A program made the position numbers and the translations under genes. Shown here piece after piece: positions 11,901 to 24,085 of a DNA stretch of 64,000 nt; within the stretch, counting starts at the first letter, position 1; the number at the start of each line of letters is the position of its first letter. The notes under the pieces are model-generated. The model ran no database searches, was not told the DNA's origin, and saw nothing but the letters and a program-made list of their open reading frames with translations. This stretch comes from Rhina ancylostomus (Eukaryota). The stretch is from contig JARFYF010000007.1 of NCBI GenBank assembly GCA_030265395.1, positions 35,846,341 to 35,910,340 of the forward strand. Reading direction: 5' to 3'.

Positions 11901-14900
11901 CTATTAATTTGATACGATTGTTTACCACACATAATCCATTTCATATTTCACAATTTAAAAAAGTTCTGTTTTAAATATACATATACATCTGGAAAAAATT
12001 GCTACACTCCAAAGCGTGATGTTAAAACATTTTACATTTCCAATTAACACCACTCGTTAAGAATAAAAATCAAGAGACTTGTAAAGTAATTCTTTACAAT
12101 TTACATAAACACTTGGTTTATGATTAGATTGTTTAGATGTCGAATATTTGTCAAATTTCTATAATCTGTAGTGCTTATCTTTCGAATTTTGATATTTACT
12201 CTTGAGCCTTATTTTTCTGATTTGTCTTTTTTTTGTAAGCGGTTATTCTAAACACGACAAGGCTTCCTTGTGTCTCTGGGGACTGGTTCAGTGAGTGAGA
12301 CCAGACTAGATCGTTAAGGATGATTGATGGGTCTGAATTTACATTCGTATGTATGGGATCAGAGAAAACAAGAAGGAATTGATATGATGAAGAAAAATGC
12401 ACTGAAAAGCACTCATATCTCCTCTTTCCAAGATATTACAATTGTCAAAACGTAAACACGTACCTTTAAGAGCAAATCTGAAATTCTAGCGCGTTCTCCT
12501 TTAAGAATTTATTCTTTTCGCATGAATATTTAAAGCTATACTCACTGCATAGATGACGTTTGCAAAAAAAAATAAAGCAGAACTGGGGTAATATTGAAAT
12601 AAACAGTTCCGCAGAAAAATAACATCTGACTTTGCTTTTATTGCAATGAATTTAGACTTCATCCTGCGTAATATTAATTAGTAGCTTCTGTCCGATGTCC
12701 CCGGCTCCATTCTCGTTTAAACAGATTTGTCGTTTCCATAACAAAGCAGAATCCCTTCATTCTGTAGATCTCCAAAGACCTGTTGTATACTTTTGAGTGC
12801 CAGTTCAAATAAAGCACACGGAATTTTCAGCCCGACTTCGTTATGTGCAAGTGTGGTGACTCTCCCATTTTAATTTGTTAGGACGTTTATTGTGAAAGCT
12901 TGCCTGATTGGAAAATCTGCTAAAACATTTCCAAGTCGTAGACCGATGCTACTGAGCACGGAACAGTTCAGCGATCGGTGAGTGAATGAGGCCAAGTACA
13001 TGTTCGGTCTGTTTTATTATTATTGAATTATTTTTTAGGTTTTTATCCCATTTAACACGGTTTATAAATACTCCCCCCAAAAAAAGGTAAGGAAAGAAAG
13101 ATTAATCTCCATTTAGTGTTTGGGTCCTTTAAAAAGAACTGCCCCAGCACTGGGCATTCTCTGTAAAACAGAGAATTGGGTTGCAGAACCTCTTCTAAGA
13201 AAATGTCCTTCCGTGGAGTAAATCGGATAACCTGAGTTTTTTTTTACACAGATGCACTTCGTCTGTATTACAGATTTTTGACTCTAAGATAACAGGTCCG
13301 TTGTTTATTTGATCGCCAATGACGTCGTTGTGGGCTCTAATTTTAATTTATTAAAATTAATAGACTGTTAATTAAACCATTTTGGTACCTCTGTCTCAAC
13401 TCTGATATTATCACTCAGGGGTTCCCCCCAGCATCAGGACTTCATTTTATTAAATAGAAATCTAAGTCGAAACGTCCCAATTAGTCACAATAAACTATGT
13501 TTAATCATGAAAGAACTAAAGGAACACCCCTGCCACCGACGCCCCCCCATGTAGTTTAGATAAAAATCCCTTTGCCATTAATAGAAGCGGTTATAAGAAC
13601 GTTTTAAATTGGCGCCTATCTAAACTGCGCTCTAATTGTCATTGGTAAGAGGTAGGATTGGACTGGACATGTGAATGTATCGTCAATGTAATTCTCCCAT
13701 ATAGGCTCTGCATTTTATGTTCAAAGTTAAGAACACAAGCTGAAAAGGCCTATGAGACTTCAGAACAGAAATTTCTGCTGTATTATTGGTCGGACTGCTC
13801 AATATATTATATTGCTCAGCCTTCCAAGGGAAAAGTTAGAGTAACTCAGGGGAAGATGCGTGTTATTATAAAATCAAGCGCTGGCTTTAAAACAGATTGA
13901 AAACTTAAAAATCCAGCGCGGTCATAATTTATTCCAATCTGCTTCCTTCGAATGAGAAGTATCTGGTGCTTTGATCTGAGGCACCGAGCAGAGCAAATTT
14001 TCTTAATTCATTTGTTGACTGTAGTTTTCTATTTCTGATGATACATGAGGTGCTGGGAAAGGTTACAAAAAACAATGCAAGAGTGAGGGAATCCCGTTGT
14101 TATTTGATGGTTTCCGTCACTGACTGTGCCATAAACGAAAAAAAAAGTTATTAATTCCACCCGTGCGAGGTAAGTTCACAATCTTTAACATCGTTGGCAC
14201 GAGGTCTTCCAAATCGGTACTGATGCTATTTTTTTTCTTGAGGTTTCCTGCATTTGAATAACGGGGTCTGGATTTCAGTATGGTTGTCTTTTGTAATTTA
14301 TTTTCAACTTTTTTTCTCTAAAATAAGTTTTAAAGAATTCAAATTGTCGTTTCCAGCTCAATATTTCCGATAAAACGTAATCTGTGCAAAAGACTCATGG
14401 TAATGGGCTGATTCTCTCTCAGCCTTAATACTGGGTGTAAAAGGTAAACTGAAAGGTAGAGCATTGCTGAAGATTGAAATTGGACATATGTGACCTTGTA
14501 GCATTTTAACGGGTTCAGAGTTAAGCTCCTACTAAAGGGACAACCGCAGAAAGTCGGTCACCATGGTATCAGATAAAGGTGGAATCCGCAGTCTCTGGTT
14601 TTCCCGCAGTGATAAGATAGACCTACGGAATCCTTTATTGATTGTACCCTTTGATCATTAAGTAACTATCCGGCTAAGTTCTAGTGAGAGATCACTTGAG
14701 AACGGACAGTCGGGGAAACTTAACCAAGTTACAAAGATCTGTAAGCGGATCATTAAAGATCTATGGGACAATAATATCATTCCCGAATATAAGACACAAT
14801 TAAAGAGGGTCGCTTTCAGGAATTGTCTTCTTTAAACATATCAAATCTCACAATTTACCGAGTTTTTGAATTGCTCTCCTCGGGTTTTCCAAAATATTCA

Positions 14901-16066
14901 ACGAGGTTAAATCCTCAGAATAAGGATTTCCAAGCTTTGAAGTGCCGCTGTTCTTTAGAAAGAACAGGAAACTCGAAAAAAATTACAATACGGAAATGTA
15001 CCAGCGATTTGTACACCAAACAGCTACATTAGCTTTATGTTTTTGGATTACCGGAAAAGTTTTGCGGTTTGGCAACCCTACAGACTTCTTTTTTGACACT
15101 TGGCAATTTCGGATTTGCCCTGGTGTGTTTCTTCCTGACAAAGAACCACTGGGAGGTCATGTGACATACTGACAGGTCACAGAGAAAGCTGATAACTATA
15201 GGCCGTCCCAAATCCCTTGACAGCCACGTTGAAACAGCGAAGGATTTCGGGACTTGTAGTTATTAAATGAAGAGGGAAATAAATGTCATGAGAACTTTTA
15301 ATGGCCAATGAACTGAAAATGACCTTGTTTATGTAGAGTGAATGTGATGCATCGTAGTTGCAGGATAAATAGTAGTGGTGGTATTTTAAAGAAGTATTTT
15401 AATTGTAAAACAATACAAAATACGTAGAAAAATTGCAAAGTGACAGCGGATCTCAAGAATTACTAGTAATAGACATAGTATCATTTAAAGTACTTGCTTC
15501 CTCGTCAGTTGTTGTTTCCAACAGATGCCTTGAAAACTCTGCGGCGAGTCCCTGGGGATTGGTATCTATGGGTGAAGATCCACAGAATAGGGATTTATCC
15601 TTTGATCGTTCGAGATCCACTGGTAACGATCGGCTGCTGTTGTCAGAACCCGCAATCTCTCAGAAGATCCATTCTAATCCCCAGTCATCGATATGTACGT
15701 TTCGTCTCATTTTACACCGAATCCCTTCGGCTCAGAGTCAATCAGTCTTCCACAGCATCCGAAAGCTCACAGCAGATAATCTAAAAATCGTGACCAACAC
15801 TAATCTTCTGACACGTTTAGTAGGCGTTTAAAATGTTTAATTTATGCGCCTGCATCGCAGAAAATTGGGACATTTATTTCTAGATTGCCTGTCTTTTGAT
15901 TTAATGTTGTACAGGAATGTCGTTGATGTCATGTACTCATTCAAATAAATGACATGCTAAACATAAAAAGTATAGAAATAGTTTAGCAACAAACCTAACG
16001 TGTCAAATAACACTAAACGCTTTTCTTCTGATATGAGTGTCCATCTGTCTGTCTATCTATCTGACT

Positions 16067-16088
16067 GTCTCTCTCTCTCTCTCTCTCT
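16067..16088 (+). repeat. (CT)n microsatellite preceded by (TCTR)n
   Basis: Direct reading. Confidence 0.9.
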
Positions 16089-18627
16089 ATCATCAATGGG
16101 AAATCTGTGTGTCCATTTGATGGAAAGTTACCCATCTTTGTTCGCTTTCTTTAGTTGGCTGATATGCTGCTTGAAGGCCGCCCTTAATTTTGGTAAAGAG
16201 TGCACCTCTAATTCTCCTGTTTCACCGCTGCCTCGATAAATAGCTGTTCTACGCAGTTGCAGTAAACTGTCCGGCCGTTGCCCCTCGAAATCATAATTTC
16301 TCACAATCACTCGGAGATTTCGATTAACAACTCGCTGCAAATACTCACGAACCGGCAGTTCGTGCATGTACTACTGAGGAATCCGTGCATACCCTGCGGC
16401 CTGCTAGATCGTGTAAGATTTCAAAAGGAGACACTCTGTTGTTCTTGAACTAAACGTCTGCCCCAAAATATCCTAAGATAGACTCTGCACCTGTTTGAAG
16501 TATAGAGGGGCCTGTTTCGCTGATCAGCGGGGAATTTTACCTTGGTGCGTCATTGGTGTTGGCATGTGACGTTTGGTGAAAAGTGCAGTGATAAAAGCTT
16601 GATGCTACCGATAGCTCCTGTCATTTATTTCACTCCCCGCTCCACGTTCAGTTCAGTTGCCGCAGTGACAGGCAGAGGTGCCGATAATTTGCCAGCTTGT
16701 GGGATCTCGCTTCCGTTTGAGAGATTTATCTATAGAAACGTCTCAAATTCGGAATGTAAACCAGAAAAGAGATACTTTTGCAGAACTGGGGGCGGGGTGG
16801 GTGGGTACCATTGTACATTGAACATGTATTCCCACACAGTGTAGAATGTGGCTTCCCTGCTGGCTTTCCGGTTGCTGTGTGGTTTTGCTACTGGTGACAA
16901 CACGTATCCTGAGTGATGGACCGCAGGGTTCCTTAAAATCCTGGAGCCAACGACGTGCACCTTAACAATCTTCATTTGCACATATCTTTTTTTTCGTGTC
17001 TTATCACTATCTTTTGCAATTCTTAGCACATCCGAATATAAAGCTGCCGAGTCCCTACGAGCACAATGGTGAAAAACAGCCCCTCGCTTGTTTGTATCCA
17101 ACATTGATTGCAACTGTTTATTTGCCAGCTGCAGGGCCTTGCTCCATCTACTTAGGCAAGCTACAGAATGCAGCGTGTTATTATAAACCGATCTGCATTT
17201 ATCTCCACACTCACGTACACCATAACAAATAGAATGCACGTCTTGTTTGACCTTTGACAAGATCTAAAGACTCGGGAGGAAAATCCTCGTGACTTTCCTG
17301 TCGCACCGACATCACCCATATGCTAAAAATGAAAGTAATGTGCTACTGGTTGAAATGATGGGAAGCGCGCCCGGAATGGACCCTGCCAAGCGCCTGAAGA
17401 GAACAGCCGCTCGCATTTTATGAGCGTGTCCCCATCAATCACCCCGCCGGGCCGAAAGGGATGTTTCAGAAATGATGCTATACTTGGCACATGAGACCGG
17501 CTGATTTCAAATTAAATCAGGCTGTGAAGTGAAGGTGGGGGTGGGGTTGGTGACTGTTGTTGGGGAGAGGGCGGGAGATTTAAAAGAAGGCACGCGGGGG
17601 GACGCATGAAACGCGGTTCTGCGAGGAGTTGTGCAAACCGTGGCAAAATGAACGCAGAACTGAGTCCAGTGATGTCTCTGATGTCCAGCTAATGTCCAGT
17701 GGAGAACATATGATCGGGGATGTCGTGATCACAGGTGGGGAGGAGGGAAGGACGCACAGCTTAATCGAGATTGGAAGCAGCATTGAGTCTGCAACATGAT
17801 CCCCCCGATACTGGGGCTAACTTTACCATTACAAAGCAAGGGGTTGGGTTGCTTTGCACCTTCTACCACAAATGCACGTCCTTGATGACACAGCCACGTT
17901 GCCAAAAGTCTCCTGTAGAATATTTCCGATCGATGGCGATGTTGGGTCGGGGACGTGCAACTAAAGAGCGCCAGTTGTATAATGCGGCGCAATTCAAATG
18001 ATTCTAACGTTGACCTGAGGTTTCTTTCCCCCCAGTTTGCAGTTGGAGTGGACATCTGGCCATTGAGTATGCGCCATCGCCACCAGCCCTCACTTGATGC
18101 CAGTGAGCAAAGATATCATCGAATATATGAGTGAACGTGATCTCCTTGCAGGGTAGAAATAAAGAAGGCCGTCGTTTAACTGAACGAGAAACGTGAACGC
18201 AGCTCGTAATGAGTCGACATGGGTTTAATGCTATTCATAACACGCGAGTGTGATTAAGAGGACGCGAGGAAACATTGCAACATTTTGACATCGTGGTCAC
18301 TCAATGCATCCGCAAAGTCCCTGTGCAGTTTGGAAGTTTTGTGTTTTAAAAAAATTCTTGTTCAACATCCGAAACGTATTAGCTCGTTATGTAAAATCAC
18401 AGATGAATTCAGTTTTCTGTGAAAGTACGCAGCCGGTCCCACAGATTCACATTCTAGAAACCGCATTGAACTCACACTTTCTACATTCCTGGCGAAGCTG
18501 CTGTAATCCAGTCACTTGGAGTATCACAAGAATTACAAACTTGGCGTAACATTGTGAATGACTTTGCCTTAGACATTAGACTTCCAAAATGAATGTGGGG
18601 AAAAAATGCAATTGGTGGAGATCTTAA

Positions 18628-18752
18628 ATAAAAACAGAATATGCTGGAGACACTCAGCAGGTCAGGCAGCGTCTGAGGAAAGAGAAACAGGGTTAACGTT
18701 TCCACAAATGCTGCCCGACCTGCTGAGTGCTTCCTGCATTTTCTATTTTGTT
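18628..18752. mobile_element. Short palindromic Penelope-terminus-derived element
   Basis: atgctggagacactcagcaggtcaggcagc ... gctgcccgacctgctgagtgcttcctgcat form inverted arms. Confidence 0.8.
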
Positions 18753-21149
18753 CCATTTTACATAAGATAACTGAGTTGTCGTTATTTTTATGATATAGTC
18801 ATTCTTATGATGGATGTACTGCTATATCTTAATGATTCAAATACAATCTTCAATTTAAATTGGTTTTCTGTGATTTTAGCAGGTATCGAATCCCATTGCA
18901 ATGAACAGTTTTCCTCAGAGCTCATGGGAAAGTAGTAACTGGGTGAACGTGGCCAACATAACAATCCAGATATTGCTCAAGGAATCCCCATTCTGAGAAC
19001 TTCACCCACTTCTACATAATTGATTATTCGCTCTTTAGTGGTCTTCTCATTGTTCTGAAGTGATGTCCAATAAAGTTTAAAATAAGTTCGTCTATTGCAA
19101 ATATCAGAATCATTTCACATTATTTTATGAACACGCTATATGTGGTGGTCACCACCTTTTTAAAAAATCAGGTTGAAGCCATATTTGATTAATAATCCAT
19201 TCACTGCCAATTTTTACATTTTAGATTTAGCCACAGGGCCTAGCAGTTCGCATGAATACGTTTGAAGATGTTTCCAACAGTATTGCAAACCACTGAAGGC
19301 AATAGCTAAGGTGAGTGAGGCGCTGGGCGGTGACTGAGTGAGCAACTATTGCATCTGAGTAGACTGCATCAGACCCAGGCTCCTGGGATGGACATTTTTC
19401 CCTCCGGTAAGTGTGGAAGTCCTTCTTGAACAGATTTAAGTAGAGACTTCAAATCCGAACAAATCTATCCACAGTTCATCACACTCTACTCCCTGGATTC
19501 CAACCCCCTTCACCGCTCTCTGAACTCTCTCCTGCCAACCACCACCCCTGACCCCCCCCCCACCCCATCACAAACCCCACTCCAAGAAGACTGGGTTTCA
19601 AGGTCTGTTTAAAACAGAACCATCTTACTTTTCAAATAGTAAGAACTCCGCCTTTGAAGTATGTGGGTGAATTTTGTGTAAATTAAGTTTCAGTATTTAG
19701 ATAAAGCGTCTTATAAACATCTTATGACAAAATGCATTCACACATTGTAATTATCTTTGGAAATTAAAACGCCAGTATATCAATGACTTGTGAGAGCTTT
19801 ACCTTTTCATGGATGGATAGTTTCCCTTTATTTTGTTGCTTGGAAATTCACAGTTACTCCGCCGCTGATAATATCGCTAATTTCTACGCGCAGCTCTGCG
19901 TGTAACTTGCGCAGGCAAATAAGCACTACTTTTATTATAATAACTGCCCAAAGATCAAAATTCCAGTGAAACGAAACAAAACCTATAAAGTTAGGTTTAG
20001 ATTTATGGACAATTACGGGCAGTTTGGAGTAAATGAAATGGTTGTTTTCTCATGCCTCAACCCGCGGATAATTTATCAATTATAGTTGGTGACGGTGACC
20101 TGACACAACCTCTAAATGCAGAACTGAGTCACGTACATGTCAACATACTTTTTATCTCGAGAAATCCGTTCCAGGATGTTACCCAAAAGTTAGTAGATGG
20201 TCATTATCGGAGGGGGGGGGGTTCTTTAGACTATATTAAACTATCCCCACACGGTATATTGTATGATTCATCATACTAGATCTAACTACTTTTCTCACAT
20301 TATCCACTCTACCGTCCCAACTATCTGTACCACTCTGTCGCAGGATACTCCTGACTGTGAATGTAAAGTTTCTCGTACCCATTCCTCACACTGCATAATG
20401 CAAAAGCAGATTTCTGCAGAATAGCTCTCTATGTGGGTATGGGACGTAATCCTCACTGACTACGAAACTCTATATAGTATTCACAACCATGAATAACTAT
20501 TTATTTTATATAATTTAGTAGGCCGCACAATTGATATGTTGTCATTAAATAATATTGTCATTGTAGGTTATATACGATTTCCTATACTATACATAATATC
20601 CGCAATATAACAAGTTTTCAACACTTCAAATATCATTCTGTACATATATCACTCGTTATTTCATTAATTCTCATATCGTATGAATCCATTCGGTAAACAG
20701 TACATGAACCTCTCTCATATACTAACACAGTCCAACAATACATAAACTGGAACTTGTACAACAGAGCACAAGAAAGTGCATGGCATTTTTGGATGATATA
20801 GCAAACCGGTTGCCACATTGTATGTACCGTCCCTTTACCATACATAATATTCGGGTGAACATTTCTGATTGGATTGCTGGGAATCTAATGTTCAACACTG
20901 CATAGTTTATGAGGACCCCGCTGCTGGTGGGTATAACAGTTTGCTTGGGGCACAGAAAATTTAAGAGCTCGGTCATAACTGGGGAGAAGCATTGTGAAAT
21001 ACGCGGCTGTGTCTTCCAAAATTCCTTAAGAATGTATTTTCACTGAATCTCCACCAAAATCCATAATCGTTTCGATTTAGAAGTGGAGCAGTGCACGTAA
21101 GGAAACACCACCAACACTCCAAGTTAAAAAAAACATTCTGACTTAGAAA

Positions 21150-21325
21150 TACATCCCTCGGTTGGGTCGCTGAGACTAAATCCTGGAACTGCCTGCCCAA
21201 CAGCACCGTGGAAGAGCCTTCATTAGAAGAAGCGGCTCAAGGAGGCCGTTCACATCACCTACTCAAGGGCAATTATAGACGGGCAATAAATGCTGTGTTG
21301 GCCTGCGACGCCCATATTCAGTACC
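21150..21325 (+). mobile_element. LINE 3' end (tail shared with the tRNA-SINE family)
   Basis: aaatcctggaactgcctgcccaacagcac...gcggctcaaggaggc..ctcaagggcaatta..gggcaataaatgct..gcgacgccca. Confidence 0.75.
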
Positions 21326-21438
21326 TGTAAAAGAAAACAAGACTTACGTGATACCTGAAGCACAATTTCAAATTCTTTTATCGCGACTATGCTGCTTATG
21401 AGAGGATTAACCAATTGAAAATTATGCCCTGGTGACTA

Positions 21439-21457
21439 TGGCCGCTAGGTGCTGCTC
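21439..21457 (+). promoter_or_regulatory. CTCF core motif
   Basis: TGGCCGCTAGGTGCTGCTC versus the CTCF consensus; same orientation as the 10730 site. Confidence 0.55.
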
Positions 21458-21599
21458 AGCAGAAGGGGCCACTGCAGTGGGTCTGCGGCAGGCACATGGA
21501 GCGCAAGGCCCCGATCTGCCTTTTCAGTAACAGGTGGGCAAAGGGAGATGAATAGAGAAGGCGACAAGGATCGGATGGCGGTGCGATGGGGAAATGCAA

Positions 21600-21895
21600 C
21601 AAGCAATCGCGAGAACTGAATTCAAATTCGAACATAGTATTCTTGGCATTAAAATTCAATTCATCATATGGAACGACAGAAAACCAGTCTTAGCAATGAT
21701 GTCCATGAAGCCACCGATGCATTTGGGTTTCATTAATGCCCGCTAGGGAAGGAAACCGGCAATCCTTACCTGGTCTGGCCTGTGTGCGATTCCAGACCAA
21801 CAGCAAAGTTGTTGTCTCCGAAGTGGCCTAGCCAGCCACAAGGGAAGCCAATAAATGCTGGTCTTGCCATTGATGCCCATATCCTGAAATAAATA
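21600..21895 (+). mobile_element. tRNA-SINE body and tail (same family as 6198)
   Basis: ctagggaaggaaaccggcaatccttacctggtctggcct..gattccagacc..cagcaa...gaagtggcctag..aataaatgctggtcttgccattgatgccca. Confidence 0.8.
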
Positions 21896-23896
21896 CATGT
21901 ATACTTCCAGATAATGTACAGAATATGATATAGAGTAAATCGCAAAGCTCTGGCATGGCATGAAAGTTGTTAAGTACATTCTTTCTGGTGATTTATCTAA
22001 AGAGCGAACGATATTTGTAGTTAATACACATGTAAAATACCTTAGCAATATTATTCTTTCCACAGTAAGGGGCGAAGTTCGATAGACGCAATCTATCCAG
22101 GCCAGCATACGCACATTGCTCAAATTTTACTCGATTGTCGCAGATGATATAAGTATCACCGTCTCACCACATGCACGTGTCTGTTAATGTTCACGTTCGG
22201 TGCAGCATTGGTACCACTGCAACCCGGTCTCTCAAGTCAGAAATCCACATGCATGTAAAAATGACAAGGAGGCCACTCTACCCGTCCCGTCTGCACAGGC
22301 TAATTAAAGAGCTGCCAAATTAGAATCCTCACTTCTTCACTATCCTTAATTACTTTTCCCTTTTCCCAAGGCCTTGCGTATATCCCCTGCTCAAGGAATA
22401 TGGCGAGGACAAAAGATTTTTCAAGATTATTTAAAAAAGGTTAATTTAGAGAAAAACTAAATGCATGAATGTGTTAAATTGGAATATTCATTTGACTATG
22501 CAATTGAAAATGGAGGTTAAACCGAATTAGATAAAGGGGAAAAAAATAACCAATGTTGGAGCCTAGTTTAACAATTATCAACTACTCAGGCTTAGGGTAC
22601 GATTGATTTAAAACTAGGGGTTGTCATCATCGCAAGTCTTCTTCCATACACAAGCGAGAATTTCATACTTCAAGTATATTGACTTTTTAAAATATATACA
22701 ATGAAAAATGTGCAAGTTTCGTGATACAATAGCTTATTAGATTAAATGAGCAATTTATATTGTATTGCAACTTCTCCATCTAATATGAGTTTTGGTATTT
22801 CAATTAAATTCAATATTTGTTGTATAGCAATGTCAAGGAATTGGATGGTATTTTGTTTTTACATGCTGAGCCTTATCTTACCGAGTATAGAATGACTGTA
22901 TATACTTTTGGCTAGATATTAGTTCCAGTAGAATTATTCGAACAAAATGCTCATGCAATATATTGTTTGGCAATATAATTTCAAGTATTTACCCGCATAT
23001 TGACTGCTATAACTTATTTGTATTTTGGAATAAGATGCTAGTCTGGTGCTACTGATTGAACATAATCCATGTGAGTTAAAGATAGTATGTCGGCTGTATG
23101 TGCGTACAGACGCGCGTACGGTAGGCGTGCTTATGTGTGCCCATCTCCCGACCATATTTGGCTTTATTTCCGTCCGGTTTGTGGCCATAAGGCTGTCATT
23201 TTATGTGACTAAAAGAGACTAACAGGCTACATTTGGTGTTCATTGGTCTCCAACATCACCAATTATTGTCAACCTGTCGCCTTGTTCTGAGGCCATATCT
23301 ACAGAAAGCTCTGTAAACACGATGATGTAAATTTACTCAGACCACTCATCGTGTGTTAATACTCTGGACTACCACAAACGTTGTAACAACATTTTCACAT
23401 GCAACATAGGTCTGAATGTAAACACGGTGTGGATCACTGTGGTTATTTGTTTCAACAGGCAGCGCCGATGTTCTGCTGCAGGAGAAGTGTGATTCAGAGA
23501 GCTTCAGGATCTCACCTCGTATTGTGTCTGCTTGGAAAAAGATTTCGTTTAGTTTGTAACTCATTCGAAACACAATATATTGTTAAAGGACGTGTTTGCT
23601 GCACAATCCCGCTGCTCCCGAACGATACGACCAGAGTTTTGACCATGGTGCACAACTATTTTGCTTCATGGAACAGGGGTGACCACCATAGTATGCCGTT
23701 ATACGCTTAGCATGTGCCCGGGAGTACTGCAAAGATCTATCAGCAAGGTTTATAACCTCTGGGATTGACTCCTGTTTTTCTAAGCACCAGTTGATAACTT
23801 GTGTCCCATTGGCCCACACCAAACACCATTCGCATAGGAAGGCTAATTTGGCACATTTTTCCAAGGAAAAGTATGTTTATCATTCTTACGGAGGCA

Positions 23897-24085
23897 CAAA
23901 GACTGAAGATGCTAGAATCTGCAGCAAAAAAAACACAAACTGCTGGAGGAACTCAGCAGGTAAGACAGCATCCGTGGAAGGAAATGGGGAGTCGTCCTTT
24001 CGGGATATCGATCCCGAAACATGGACCGCCCGTCTCTCTCCACAGATGCTGCCTGACCCGCTGAGTTCCTTCAGAAGTTTTTTTT
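23897..24085. mobile_element. Short palindromic Penelope-terminus-derived element
   Basis: aactgctggaggaactcagcaggtaagacagcatc...tttcgggat atcg atcccgaaa...gatgctgcctgacccgctgagttccttcagaagtt; foldback of ~150 bp. Confidence 0.85.

Noticed and set aside
16730-17260. 176-aa minus-strand ORF
   Set aside because: Non-ATG start, no recognisable domain, located in a GC-richer island where long ORFs arise by chance.
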